Shown piece after piece: positions 1 through 15,247 of a stretch of DNA of 64,000 bases. A model generated the notes under the pieces. It was not told the origin of the DNA. It did not search any database and saw only the letters and a program-made list of their open reading frames with translations. The position numbers and the translations under genes were made by a program. The DNA comes from Octopus sinensis (Eukaryota). Position 1 is the first letter of the stretch. Every line of letters begins with the position of its first letter. The stretch covers positions 55,242,001-55,306,000 of the forward strand of contig NC_043005.1 in NCBI RefSeq assembly GCF_006345805.1. Direction: 5' to 3'.

Positions 1-898
1 TAGTACTTTTTTCTGTGGCTTAAATTTTTGAGCACTGCTTGTTAATCCCTTCTTTTGTAGTTGATATCATGTACATATTGTAATCTGTGGAAAATGTGCT
101 ACACCTACCACCTACACCCACCCCCACTTTTTTTTTACCTCTTCCTTTAGGACTCACTAGATATTGAACTTGAATTGTCTCCCTTCATTTACACTCTCTA
201 TATAAAAAAATACCTGTAGTTCTGCTTTTTTTTATTTTAATTTTTATTCTTGATTTGTTTTATGTTTCTAATGACAAGATTTCTAATTGACTATGACATT
301 TCTTGACCTAGATAACTGTATACTTTAAAAGCAAAATCGTAAAAAATACAAATGAAAAAAATTGTACTGAATTAATTTCATGATTTCACCCTTTATCCTA
401 AATTCCTAATCACTCGTTAATGTTGATTGCCCCCTTATCCCAAAGTAAATTCCAATGTTGGCTATAGTTCTATATGTGAACAAAACATCATTTTAAGTTG
501 CTACTCAGGAAAATGGAAACAATTTCCACTTTTGTAAGCATGTATGTATATCATGAATGTAACCGTGGATAAATGGATTGTAACGTCAACTATCTTATTT
601 GTGTTTGTATGTATACATGTGTGTGTATACACTCACACATGTAGATATACACACGCATGTTTTTGTGTGTAAATACATATATATATAATATATATATATA
701 TATATTATATATATATATATACGTTTATATATAATAATATATGCACATGCGTATATATATTTATGTATATGTATATAAATATATATAAGGTGCAAAAATG
801 GCGTACTCCAAATGAATAATGTTATGTAATCCGATGGTAGAAAGAATTACATGGATTAGGTACTCCAAAACCAGTCGGAAAGATGGGGTTCCATGTAA

Positions 899-899
<1 letters not shown>

Positions 900-937
<38 letters not shown>

Positions 938-1254
938 TATGTACATATATATATATGTGCATATGTACATGTGTGTGCATGTATATATGTGTGTGTGTAT
1001 TTATAGGTACACTTTATGTATACATGTGTATATAAGCTTGTATATACATTTGTTTTTTTGTGTGTATATATGTATGTGCATAAATATGTTTGTGGATATA
1101 TATTTGTGTGTGTGTGTATGTATGTGTTTATATATGGATGTGTATATCTGTATATATGGATGTGTATATTTATGTATATATGCATATATGTATGCGTCTA
1201 TATATGTGTGTATATATATATATAAATGCATGCTAATATATAAGTATATTCATA

Positions 1255-1303
<49 letters not shown>

Positions 1304-1375
1304 ATATATACATATATATATACACACGTATGTGTGTGTCTATTGTCTATATATATATTCAAGTGTATACATGCA
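900..1375. repeat. compound (TA)n/(TG)n microsatellite
   Basis: Directly visible; explains the YI/CV-rich ORFs in the track. Confidence 0.95.
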
Positions 1376-3584
1376 TGCAAACATAAAATATTAAAAAAAT
1401 AATAAAAATGCTTAATACGGGTCAGATATTAGCAGTAAATTAAAATGGTGATATTGTATCTGCAAATTCTCTGTATGCTTTTAGTGGTTCCTCTGCTTTT
1501 TCTTTTCCTTTTTTCATTTTTTTTTTTTGTGGTTATAGGGAAAAAAAATACTTTCTTTATTTTATAACAAAAAACATGAAAAAATGTATAAAAAAAAGAA
1601 CAAAAATAACAGAATTGTATAATACTTACTAAGTTTATGATTAATACCATTAATATTACTTTTATCATTCTGATTGCTATGGGAGAAATGCAAATGTTTT
1701 TTTTCTTCTCCAGAATGGAAGTAGTAGACAGGTCAAAAAAAAAAAAGGAAAAACATTAAAAAAAAAAGTTTTATTTTATAAAGTGCAAGGATGTGATAAT
1801 AGATTCATGAAGAGTTGTCAAAACTATGTTTCTGAGAGTACTTCACTACAGCTGAGCTGTGCTTGCACACTTCTTACTGAACATACAGGCATCTGAGAAA
1901 GATGTCTTAAAACTGAACTGCTAACAAAAAAAATAAAATGAAATATAAAGACAATTTATCATGGTAAACACAAGGCAGGGCTCTTTATATTCTCTATAAA
2001 TTCTTTTTTTCTCTTTGAAAATTCTAATGCTTCAAGCTAAAGCAAAAAGGGGCTAGAAGCTTTCATCAGAACCTTATAAGACCATGGCAGGGACTTCTGA
2101 AGACCAAGAAGCACCTTGGAAATTTAACAAAAAAAAAAAAAAAGAAAAAAGCAACAAAAAATACCCAGATATCTCCACCTTGTCAGTATACAAAAAAAAA
2201 TTGTAAATTATTTTTTATTGTTCCTTTTTATTTACTGTTCAATGTGTATGTATGCTTTTGTGCATATTTGTAAGAATGCACACTCCTCTATATGCATGTG
2301 TATAATTTTGAATGAAACAGAAATCATAAATTTATTTCTTTTCTTTGTGTTGAGCTAGCTTGGCATTTGGTTACACGTGATTGTCTCTGTGTGTGTCTGT
2401 CTGAGTTTGAATGTATTTGTATGAAATTATGCTGTGTTTTATGCTTTGAAAAAAAAAAACCAAAAAAGTGGTCAAAATTTTCATTTAAAAAGTTTTTTAA
2501 GTCAATATGCAGATATGCTGTTCTTCAACACTTTCTGTAAGAACTCACAATCTTAAATGTAGTTACAAATATCTAGGATCATATTTCAACACTGTTTTAA
2601 GCACCAGATTCTGCATTAGGTCGTTATACAAAAATTTTTCTTTAATCATCTAAATTATGAACAATCATGTGTGAATATATATATGTATATATATATACAC
2701 ACACTCACACATACTCACAGACATACATATATATTTGATAGTGTCACAGAAATTGTTAAGTTTATGCACTGGACCTTAGTGCTTAAGTTGTCTAAGGGCT
2801 GAGTTTGCCTTCCATCCTTTTGGATCAATGAAGTAAAAATCTTCATATGCTGGCCTATGTGATTATGGTTGACAATAGAGAGAAGTAACCCAGTTTTCTG
2901 CAATATTTATTGTTTAATATTTTATATTGTTTGTAAGTTAATGTCTCATAGCTTTTAATCAAGATCTTTTCTAAGTGACAGATGAAATAGTTTTATGATT
3001 TATGATGTCTTACAGAATTTCCTTTCTTTATTTCATTTGGGATTCCTTTCTGCTTCCCTCACATTGCCTCATTTAAACAGAATATATTATTTTATATCTG
3101 TTGTCTATCAAATATAAAATATGGACATTACAGCTATGTCACTATGCTAATGACATCGATATAATAACTGCAGGCTGTAACTTTAATCAAATTTTTTTTA
3201 TTCATTCCATCTAGACATAATGTCTTTGATGTCCTTTTAATTTTAGTGCATTATTTTAATAACATGTTAGTTATATACCAGACACATTAGACTAACATTA
3301 TAGAAAAATACAAATTAACTTCTTTCTTCTATGCGTTATCAACTTAGTTTGCATTGTTTTCTCTACACCCACTCCGCATACAAGAGATATATGGCTATTT
3401 GCATATCTGAGATATGATCTAAGGATTGTCTGTTTCACCATTAGTATCTATCGACACTTTTAAGATTATTTTAAAGCCTTCAATTTCACACAAATGAACA
3501 ATTTTGAAAGGTAACCTTTACTATTGTATTAAATTTTCCTTTTGGTAATATGTGACCTTATATATATCTATATATATGTGTATG

Positions 3585-3615
<31 letters not shown>

Positions 3616-4312
3616 GATTTATTTGAATGTTATGTATTTGTGATTGTGTACGTCTGTGTGAATATATTTTCTATATATGAGTTTCAACTCGGAGCTCTTT
3701 TATTGTGTGTGTTTTCTTTTTTTATCCATTAACATTTATTCTCCTTTGCTAATGAAAAACTATGACGGGTAAAAACTATAAAAATTGCTTAGACTGTTAT
3801 GTCAGTATATTTTTTATTATTTATTCACAATATTTCTCTCAAGGAAAGAACCTCCACTGTTAACTCTTCTCTGAGAATCTTAATTTTATCTAATGATTAT
3901 TATTATTATTATTATTTTTACATATATAGTATTTAATCTACCTTTTTCCTCTTGATTCTTGTAAAAAAGATTTTCTTTTCATCAAGGATACTCTTCCTAT
4001 AATGAAGAAGAGTTCTGCTCTTCTTCCTCTCAGGAACAGTTTACTTTCACAACATTACGGGTGTATGTTCAATAAGCATCCCATGTTTATTGAGCACTTT
4101 AAGGTTGTGGTCAATTTTTATATTGAGCTCTTCCAAAAAAAGATACCCTTTTAATTCTGAATCCCTTTCAAGGTGTCGCTGTTTTGGTTCTTAACTAAGC
4201 AGCTCATTATTTGGTCTAAACTATATTTTTATGCATTCTTTTAAAGAGAGGGAGGGTCTATTTTCTTATTTTTCTTTTTTCTTTTCATGAGACTTATATA
4301 TACATACATATA

Positions 4313-4391
<79 letters not shown>

Positions 4392-5055
4392 TAGCAGAGG
4401 AGAAAGCTAGGATCATAATTAAAGTAGTTTCCAATGCAGAGAGTGTCTAGAGGAGGATTGTCTTAAGTTAAAGAGAAAGAGTAAAACTAGCAAAACAGGC
4501 TATTATACATTGTGTTTAGATATACTGTTGGAAATTAAATGTATTTTTAATATAGCACAGAAAGAACATGGTGTGGTATTAGTGTAGAACATCTTTTAAT
4601 GTATGACCCTGAACAAATGAGTAAAAATAGAGTAACACTGAGCTTAATGCAAGAAGTGCATTTGTGAGGCCTCAACTAGGACCAGAGTATTTTACAGTGA
4701 ATAAAGTAAATTGACTTCAAGTTGAGACTAGGGCCAAAGAGACGACCTATAGCATTTATAAGTTTCTCTTCTCTCGAGGTACTCAATATTATTTTATATT
4801 CGGGTGGATTTGTATAGCGTTAGAAGCTGTTGAAGACTAGCTTTTTTTCTTCTTATCCTTGAGAAAGAAAGCCCAGCTTCATAAAAATTTGGTATATTGA
4901 TTAAATATATTTTTTAATATTTACTTTGGAAGAGTATTAACTCCCTCCCTACCCGTTTCCTTTATCCAAATATAAGTGTTTTCAGTAACGTTCTTTGATC
5001 TTGTCTCTAAATGCACGCCATTGCATGTAAATGTTTGGATATGTGTGTCCGTGGA

Positions 5056-5098
<43 letters not shown>

Positions 5099-7927
5099 TC
5101 ATACATATACACTGTCTGAAGCATAAATTGTTTTGTATTGTTTTTCTTAAAATTTCTGTTCAGCTATATATTTCTTTTACTCTTTTTAGCCACAGTATTT
5201 GCAAACTTCAACTAAATTTTTTGTTTTTGTTTTCTTTGGCACACCATTCTTTTGTTCTCATTGCAGAATATCATTTCTATTTTTAAGATCACTATTTTGA
5301 CGACAGTTTATTTCCAGTTTAGTATACTGTCTTTACAAGGTGGAGAACACTGTATACTTCTTTCTTTCTCTACTGATCCAACAAAGATATTATTCAAAGA
5401 AAAGTCTAAGTCTTTTCTATGTAGGTATATATGACTGACATTTTATTGCGGATCCAATTTTGTCCAATGTAAACAATAAATTGCCAATGATTCTAATCAG
5501 CCATTGTCTGGCTTCCTTGGAATCCTTATGAATGTCAACAGATTTATTTTATTCTTTTTTTTTATGTTGACTTATTTTAAGAAAATGGAAATAAAGAGCT
5601 AGGGGTTTGGTTATGAGTTTCTGTGATTTAAAAGGAACTTTAATAAGTCCATGTAATTTTTGCCCTAAATGTTTTGTGAATGTATGTACTGCCTTGCATC
5701 TATTATCCATTACACAAGCACAATTTCTTTTTTTTTTAATCCCCCCTCCCATTTTTTGTGAATTTTCTATCCTACACATAAATATGCTGATTTCATGAAT
5801 GCTAACTGCTTGCTTTCACCAACAATAAACTGTGATATACTGTAGCTTAATGATAGAAACTACAGCTTCAAGGGAGTGAGGTTGGTGTAAGCAGGTTCTG
5901 GGGAACTAATTGGCACCCAAAACGGGTCTAAGAGTAATTCTTCAGGGTTTTTACCTTAATGATATCTTTCGGGGAAGGTACACTTCAAATTTAAAAACAC
6001 TTGTCATTTTCTTTAATGATTTGCCTATTTTCTAGTTTGTCATATGTTGTCATTGTCACTAGTGTGACCTGGGTAGAGTTAGCAAATATATATGTTGTTT
6101 AGCTTACTACTTCACAGTAGTTGGCTTACATAAAACAATTACTGGACAGGTTTTTTTTTTTTTCATGACCAAAAATCCACTGAGCTGTGATCTTTTGTAG
6201 ATCAGACTATTGCAGTATTGCTGCACTTTTTATAAACAGTAACTGCGAAGGGCTTTCATTTGAAAGTTGTGCTACTTTCGTACATTTTGTATTGGTTGCT
6301 TTACTTTCCTAATGCCATTTTCTGTTTTCTTGTAATGCAACATTCTTTATGTCCCTCTTTTATTTTTCTCGTCTAACGCCTGGCTAGCTGTTCCAAATGA
6401 ATGAATCTGTTATTTAGAATGTTTGATATGTTATATAGCCAAAATTAATTATACTTAGAATGTTGTAGAATTTCACATATTCCATTTAGAGTTAGAACTA
6501 GCAATTAGTTTAAGTCTGAGAAACAGAGGTATTGTGTGTAGCAGGTTGATGAATTTTTAGAAGTGTCTGTCTTCATATAGCTGCATTTCGTGTGCCATAT
6601 GTCAACTGTTCAATTCTTGATTTATTGGCTGAGAATGGAACTAGCTTATTTTAGAGGCTAAAGAATTTCTAATGTAAGTGGATTTCAAAAATTTCCTTAT
6701 AGACTGTTTCAATATTTCATTAAGAATGTTTATAAATTCAATTTAAAATGAAATAATCTTAAGTTGTTTGTATATAATAATACGAATTACTATTTTATTT
6801 TAATTTCATTTTTCTTTTCTTTTTTTTTTTTTTGGCTGAGTTAAATTTGTGATCAGAGCTTTTTATTTTATAATAAAATGTTAAGATTTATTCAAATTTA
6901 TTAAATTTCTATAGGAACAAGCTCTTTTTTAAATATGTCCACGTCAGTGAATGATAGAATGATAATACTAATTAAGACTTATGTTCTGTCTTGGTAATAC
7001 ACATAGATGATACTAATTAAGGCCTTTACATATATATATATATATATATATATATACAAAACAGGCCTTAATTGGTAACACAGTCAGTCATTTAGTTGTA
7101 TAATACTTAATACTACAAAATCTTATGGGCTAAGATTTCGAAAATGCTGCTATAGTGTCTTTTGTTTTGAAACATAAAACTATAAAAATTATCAGTTTCA
7201 TTTTCATTTAATTAGTGGTTTGTTGATTCTTGTATCAATTATTGGTTTAGACCTGACAGTCTTTACAAACTTTTTTTTACAATGTTTGGTGATTGAAACT
7301 TTCATCATAGCTAACTCGAGTATATCCTGTTCCTGTTGCTATCATAATTAAATATTAATGTTATCTTGATACTTGATATATAAATATACAGGATTTGTGT
7401 GTGTGTTGCATTTAATTTGAATATATTTTAGTTTGAGATTTAATTACAGTATTTGGACTAGATGATAATTTGACAGCGTCTGCCGTATATTTGATAATTT
7501 TTATTTTACTAAGTGACTTGTTGAATTATCGTTTCTTTCAGATAGAATAGTAAGTGTTAATTTTAAAATGTCTGAATAAATGTATTATATTTACAATTAT
7601 ATCTAAAAACAAAATGGATAAATTGTCAGTACATGATTATTTAGCATTTAATTAGAGTTACTTTCCAAAGAACAATTTAGGGAATATTCTTAAATCGAAC
7701 TTGAATTATATTTCTTCATTAAAGTTACATTTTAAGATTTTAGAGCATCTGGTGGATTTATATTCACCAATCCAGACTAAATTATGTTGCTTTATTTAAA
7801 TAAATCTTTCTTAGATTCTGATTATAATGACAAAGATACTCAAATATAAAGCTGTTACCTAGCTGTATGAATTATAAATATCTTTTACCTGTGGCTACTG
7901 TTTAGAGGAATTATACATGTATAGACA

Positions 7928-8302
7928 CAGGCATGGCTGTGTGGTAAGAAACTTGTTTCCCAGCCACACTGGTTCCGGGTTCAGTCTCACTGCATGGTAC
8001 CTTGAGCAAGTGTCTTCTACTATAGCCTCGGGCTGACCAAAGCCTTGTGCGTGGATTTCGGTAGATGGAAACTGAAAGAAGCCCATTATGTATGTATGTA
8101 TTTGTCTGTCTGTGTTCCCCCTCCCCATCACCACTTGACAACTGGTGTTGGTGTGTCCCCCATAACTTAGTGGTTCAGCAAAAGAGACTGAAAGGATAAG
8201 TACTTGGCTGAAAAAAAGTCCTGGGGTCAATTTGTCTGACTAAACACATCAAGGTGGTGCCCCAGCATGGCAATAGTCAAATGACTGGAACATGTAAAAG
8301 AC
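7928..8302 (+). mobile_element. tRNA-derived SINE, family A (GGCTGTGTGGTAAG...GCAAGTGTCTTCTACTATAGCC)
   Basis: A/B-box-like head; many homologous copies in the window (e.g. 29054, 43565, 60335, 62693). Confidence 0.85.
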
Positions 8303-11300
8303 AAATTAGAATTTTTTTAAATTATGGTATACTCATTCATAGTCTTATTTTCAAATTCAACTTTATTTACAGTTATTAACTTGTTTATTGAGTACAGACA
8401 AATTTATTTAAAGCTAAGCTGCATTTATTTCATATTTTGTTTACAAAACATGTTTTGAACAAAATTTCAAATTAATTGCTTAAGCTGAACAATTAGAAAT
8501 ACAAAAAAAATTGAGGAAATAAACATTATAAATTTATTCTATAGCTAGTTAAACTGGACAGAATGTTTCATATAGAAGTATTAAAAATTTTGTTAAACTT
8601 AACAATAGTTTTAGGGTACATTTTTTTTTTAATATCTTCTCTTTAAATAATGCAGTGGTGTTGACTTGAAATTAAAAGTCTACATAATGTCTCTTTGGTA
8701 AATATTTCTTCCTATTTCAGTTCTGTTGTAACTATTTCTTCGATAATTTTAGATCCTCTTCAATGAGATGGATAAAATCAACTAATGAAATGAAATATGT
8801 TTTGGGTGGTCGTAGGATAAATTAAAGGGAGTATTTATATAACTATATAATATTTCTATGGCTTCTTTTTGAATTGCATTCATAAACATTCTTTCAAATA
8901 TGAACGATTTTCTCTGTTATTTGTCAGCTGATGTGTACCATCCCTGATAGCTCTTGGCTAATTTTGAATAAGTACATTTTTTGACTTTTTATACACACTT
9001 AGAACATCATTAGTTATAAACAAGTATTCCACATTCTAATTATTTTCAATACTTTTTAAAATAATAATTCTAATTATTTCATTATGTCTACAATTACGGT
9101 CCTTAAAACATTTGAGTAAATACGTAACAGTCATCCGAATTCAGTTAGTGATAGATTTCTTCTGCTTTAGCCTCTGCTACTAGTAGCTACTTGAAGGTAC
9201 TGGCTATTTGTCATATGCTGTGCTTATTGAAGTGAACTGCAGATCAATGGGTTTGGGAAAGAAAAAGATAAAAATATACATATTTTATTGGGTTGTCTTG
9301 TAGGGAGATTGTTGACTGTGGCTTATATATGTCTGTATTCCAACTACCATTTATCACCGTAACGTTGTGCCAACCAAGCTTTTCCTAATTATACATTTTG
9401 TCTGTTGTATTGTCACTCTAACATCTGTGTTTGTTACAAATTGACATCATCTGCATAATTCTGTACTTCTCTCCACTTATATTTCAGATTTATTGCAAAA
9501 TAAAAATTCTTTAACAAGCAAAATAACCAAAAATTTATTTTGTATGTTAAAATCTATATAGTATCTCCCAATTTCTTTCGAATATGTTGAACTAGTTTTA
9601 AAATATCTTTTATTCTATCCCCTACTCTCAATATCTGTGCATTTTCATGAACTTACATATTACATGTATTTATACATACATGTGTATATGATATATATAT
9701 ATATGAGAGAAAAAAAGCAGAGAAAACACAAGTAAAAAGGAAAATAGAGTATATGCATGTTTGAATTATATAGTGTTCTCGTCAGTGTTGAAGTTTACTG
9801 TTATAGTTTAAGATTATAAATCATGTTAATAAGGATTAACTCTAAGATCCAAAACAAACAAGAAGAATTGTCTGAAACCTTTTTTTTCTTTTACTTTTTC
9901 TTCTTTTTTTGTAATGATGATAAAACACATTTTGCTGAAAACTCTTGCTAGTGGTTAGTAACTTATCCTTTTCAAATATATAAATCCAATGAAATGTTTT
10001 CTTTTATTTTAAGGATTATTTAAAAAAAAATATTGTGAGGTTCCATCTCACGTAAGAACAGTAAAAGGAGGAAGAACTTTGCTTCTATAGAGGCTCTACA
10101 AATGTCCCTCTGCATCTTAAAATAGAACCTTGTATGGTTATTTTCCAGCTTACTCCATTGCAGAGTAAGGTATGCAAATGTCTTAAAAAAAACCTAGTAT
10201 GCATTTTAATTTCATGTGAATCACTTCTAATAGGATTGTTTTTATTTGTGCATTCATTGTATTTTTCTTCCCAAACTGATAATACTTAATGCATAACAGA
10301 ATAAGTTAATCCATGTCCTCTTTCGATACATTCGTCTCAAGGCCACTTTGTTTACAGCTACAATTATTTGTAATTGCTTGACTACTCATTATGATTTGCT
10401 AACGGTGTAGCACTGAAAGCAGCATAGAATCGCTTAGGTATGTCAGTACTTAATGTGTTAGTGTGTTTTCCTTGAAATTGTCAATGTAGATTATTTCACA
10501 TGGAACTTACTTTTTAGAAATATTTAGAAAGTCCTTAATTTATATTATACTGATTTCTATACAGTACAGTTCTTATTTTATGTAGCTGGTGTGACTGGGT
10601 TGATTTTTGATAATTCATATGAAAATATTAAAATTCTTGTACCTTGTAATGCTAAAGCGAATGCCTTCCACAATCGTAATCACTTCACTATAGAATGGAA
10701 GGCAGACCAGCAAACTGTGACCAACCTTTTTTTTTTGTACTTGGGGCACACCACAATGACTGTAGCTGGGCGTGAATTCCTCAACTATGTGGTCAGTAGC
10801 TTAACACCTTCATCAAGCTGCTACTGTTATTCTTGATTACACCACTGAAGATTTTACAATGGTCTTACATGAGTGATGAATAAATAACTGTTGCTTTTGA
10901 CTTGCCAGAACTGCAGCTGCAGATTTCACGACACCAAAAATAATAGCAAGCTAAATGTTTAGGATTTAGTCTTGTCTTCTGAAGTCAATATCTATTTCTT
11001 AGTTACGTCCATTGTTGAGAGGAAACACAGACTGCATCTTTTGTTAGCTTTTCTTACTGTATCACAATTTTGGGGAAATTTTTGTGATTTCTTAAATGAC
11101 TTTTCTTTACGATGATTTCTTGAATTTTCCTTCACATGTGTTGGTATTTTGATAATGACACATGCACACAGGACTGATAAATCCGTGGCCACAAATGTAC
11201 TTCATATAACATTCATGAACATAATTCTGACTATATATATATTTATGATAACACATTTATCTTTATAGAAAGGAGAAATTCAGACATGTTATTCAATAAC

Positions 11301-11622
11301 AATAGTTCTTCTTTCTAAATATATAGTTTGAAAAACAACAACACTCTTTCACTTAAAGAAAAAAAAGACATTTATCTATTTTCATGTGAATTGTAGTAAT
11401 TATTCAAGACAATATTAACAACTACAGAGGAATATATTGCACAAGTTGCACAGGATTTTTTGTTCTATAGCATCAATTAACAAATTATTATTTCAAATAA
11501 ATCATACATATGTATATATGTATGTGTGTGTGTGTGTGCATATATGTGTGTATATATGCATATGTATATATATATATATGTGTGTGTGTATGTAGATATA
11601 TATACATATATATATATAATAT

Positions 11623-11668
<46 letters not shown>

Positions 11669-13877
11669 GTATCAGTTCTTGCTTCTCTATTGTAGAGTGC
11701 ACAACAGTTTTCTGCTAAAATGGTTGGTTTCAATTCTTGGCATCACTGATCTCTAGTCTTTAGAGTATTGCAGTAAAACAGGAAATTATTATAGTTAACG
11801 AAATGATAATCACTATACTCTTTACATTTGCACTTGTGGCAGCTTGCATTGATATGCAAAGTAAAATCAAGTGCAGTTCATAACAAATACTGTCTTTCAA
11901 GACTAAAGCCGAAAACAAACATATATATATAAATATTATATATATGTGTGTATGTATGTATCATACTACTTTAGAATTAGCATTGTTCTTTACCAATTGT
12001 ACTATAGTAACAACCCTTATTTTTTAGTTGCTGATAATTCATTAGTAGCTATTTTTTCATGTTTTAGCTGCCATTCTAGAGATGCTTGTGGGACTTCCTT
12101 AATATACAAAAGCGTAATTGGCAGATTTTTATCTATAATTCTTTCATTATTTACTTATGTGTGTGTGTGTGTGTGTGTGCGCGTGTATAATATGTAATAA
12201 ATATATATAAATATGGTAAGGAGATACGGGTATTGATACGTGAGTGTAGGCCTCAATCTGTTCAACCAGACTCAGCATAGACTATTGTCTAACTTCAACG
12301 CTATTACTTATTCTTCAATTCTAATTTTTTTTTTTTTTTATGACATCTCATACAAAAATATATAAACCATTCATGAGATTTGGGCAAAGAATATTTCATA
12401 TCCTCCTAACTTTTTAATGTCATGTTCTGACTCCAATCTGAGTGAAGTCAATCTTTAGCTACTTTCACAGTTATCAGAAAGTTAATTATTAAATTGTGTC
12501 TGTGACATTGATGTGTGAATGTGTGAATAATATATTTAGATATTTCTGTGACTATTAGAACTATAAATATATATATATATAAAACATATGAAGTTATGCT
12601 ATATTTATTGCAAGGATATGGCCCCTATATATGTGAACCAGTCTCAAAAACTTAAAATCATCATTGCTTTTGCTTATTTTTGTGGGTGGATTTCCTTAAT
12701 TTCTCTCTTTTTTTTATATAAGCTTGCTATTGGTTAAAAAAGAACTATGTAACATATATATAAACATATATATATATAATTATATACATATATGTATGTA
12801 TGTATGTATACATGCACATATCTATTAGGAAACAAAACTTTCCATCCAAAGACATTTTTATTCTAAATTTTTTCTAGTGCGCTATATTCCATCCATTCGT
12901 CTTTCATATAGATTATTTCTTAAAACTCCTTCCATTGCCTGCCAAGATATTGTGCAAGGCTTCTTTATTCATTCTTTCCATCCAACAATTTAAAAAAAAA
13001 AGCAAAATCAAATATAAACTTTGTATTTTCTGCTCATAAACTAAACTATCATTCTATTATAAATATGCAATTTCTCCTCGACTGGAGATTATATATTTTT
13101 TTTTTCCATCAAAGAGTTTTAAAGCTAAGTAAGGCTTCTGAAAAGTAGCCATTTCAGTTTGAAGAAATTTTCTATGTTTCACCATGAAGGAAGGAACGAG
13201 AACATGGCTTTAAAGCTCATGATCTATCATTTCTTAATACTAGTATATATATATATATAAATATATACATATGTAAAATCAAAGTCTGACATTGATAAAC
13301 AAATCAATGTTCCTTATTGTTAAATGAAATAAATGCAACAAAAATGGCAGGTGTCACATTATCTTAACTCAGTAGCAAGCTTGCTCTTTACTCTAATATT
13401 GATTAAAATTATTATCAATTGCTTTAAGATGACAATTTGGCCGAAACAGAAGAATGTTAGACGAAAATGCCTTATGGTATTTAGTTTAACTAACCTCGTA
13501 CTTTATGAGTGGAAAGCAGGCTGAGGCCTACTTTGCCTTCTTCTCAGGCTTCACTTAAATAATTACTTTTGTTATATGGAGGGTTAATTCAATAAATTAT
13601 ATCTCCTTTCCTTATAAACATTGATATTGTGCCTAGTAAATAGAAATAATTGATATTTTCTATTAATTCTTCCTAGGCTTGGCCTTGGACTTGCATTATC
13701 ATATACAATATCATGATGCATCAAAACATATACATATTAAAGCTCTTCCATAAGAAGCTTGACATAAAATTCATTCTTTATTCTGCAATTAATTGCTTTC
13801 AGAAATCTACAACAGCTGTATTCAAGAGAGCTGTGATCATCATAGCTGTTCAACTATATAACTGCTTTTTTACATAT

Positions 13878-13908
<31 letters not shown>

Positions 13909-15215
13909 GCATATATATATAAAACTTCCCCTAATATAGGCTCCATGGCTTCAGATCTGTTGTTGAAGCATTCTGAAGACATTCATTCACATTGTACTGA
14001 GCTATATGAGTTATTAAAGCTGATAAGAATGAAAAAAACAAATCAATTTCATAAATATACTAATAACAAATTTCAAGAGAAATGTTCTCAAAAGAAAGCA
14101 TCTGCATAAAATAGTCAATTAAGGAGTAGATAATTGTATAGAAATGATTTATCCTAAACAATCATTTTTCCATGAAAGGCAACAACAAAAAAAAAATCTA
14201 ACCTGGGTTGTGATAACAAGTTTATCTTAGTTAATTTGTGGCTTAATTGTTTAGTGTTCAGAGAATATGTTTCAATACACATGCACACATGCAACAGTAG
14301 TATATAATTCACTGAATTCTAATAAATTACAACTAGAAGTCTAATGATTAAGGTGTGTAACAAAAAAAAAAAATCAATATTTTTCCTTCCTGTCCTTACT
14401 CCCCCACCAATCATAAAATGTGTATTATTTTCACTATAAAAAGATTTCCTGAACTATGGTCCATAATGTTTTGAGCCTTAAACTGTTCTGAAATCGCTTG
14501 CTAGCATCAACTTAAACAGCAACTATTGTTGCGTATTGTCTCTGAGTCCACTTTTAAAAATCTTTGCAACACTCATTATATGGAAGAAAAAAAACCTCTT
14601 TCTCGAATTGAAGAACTTTTTTTTCCCCACTCCTTTCTCCACAACTGATGCTTTTCAGTGAATCAATAAAAGCTACGTATCAGATATTTATGTATATGTA
14701 CAACAAAAGCAAAACAACTCTAAATTACTATTTACATGTCAAAGCCTTATTTAAACATTGTAACAATGGTATATTTCAGAAATGTAGGTTATGTTTCAAT
14801 TTATTTTGTTTCAACGAATGGTCTAATTATTATCATTAACAGAGAATATCAATATACCGAAACATTGTTCACGCCAAGCAAGCATATTTCTCGAAATCTT
14901 CCTAAAAATCTACAGCAGTACCTATATCAAAATGTAAATAACAAGATTAAAAACTTACTTGCGCCCACACACTGTCACATATGCATATACCTATTCACAT
15001 ATACATATTTACACAATCCCGTTTAAATATCACAAAAATCAGTGATAAAATGCTTACTTTTTATGACTACATTCTCTCAGGGAATATAATTTTGGGGGCT
15101 GTTTCATGAATCAGGGCAATATATATACTATTTAAAGAACGCCTATTATTAAAGGTGAATTTTTAAAAAACCCATCTATATTATATCAAATCATTTTTAA
15201 CACCCCTCCCCACAT

Positions 15216-15247
<32 letters not shown>

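Noticed and set aside
790-894. Possible + strand exon (ag|GTGC ... CAT|gtaagt)
   Set aside because: Stops in all three frames and no polypyrimidine tract; cannot be supported.
595-1394. Long Y/I/C/V/H/T-rich ORFs here and at ~11.5, 39, 53.5, 55.5 and 60 kb
   Set aside because: Translations of (TA)n, (TG)n and (CATA)n microsatellites, which lack stop codons.
7845-7870. Resemblance to miR-9/miR-79 words (TAAAGCT, CTAGCTGTATGA)
   Set aside because: The miR-9 seed is absent, the order is wrong and no precursor hairpin forms.
7895-8230. ORFs with recurring peptides (TRLWSARGYSRRHLPKVP; also 28952 and 43524)
   Set aside because: Antisense translations of family A SINE copies, not a protein family.
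10591-10836. 81-aa ORF in unique sequence
   Set aside because: No recognisable homology, contains a T10 run and has no clear splice pair.
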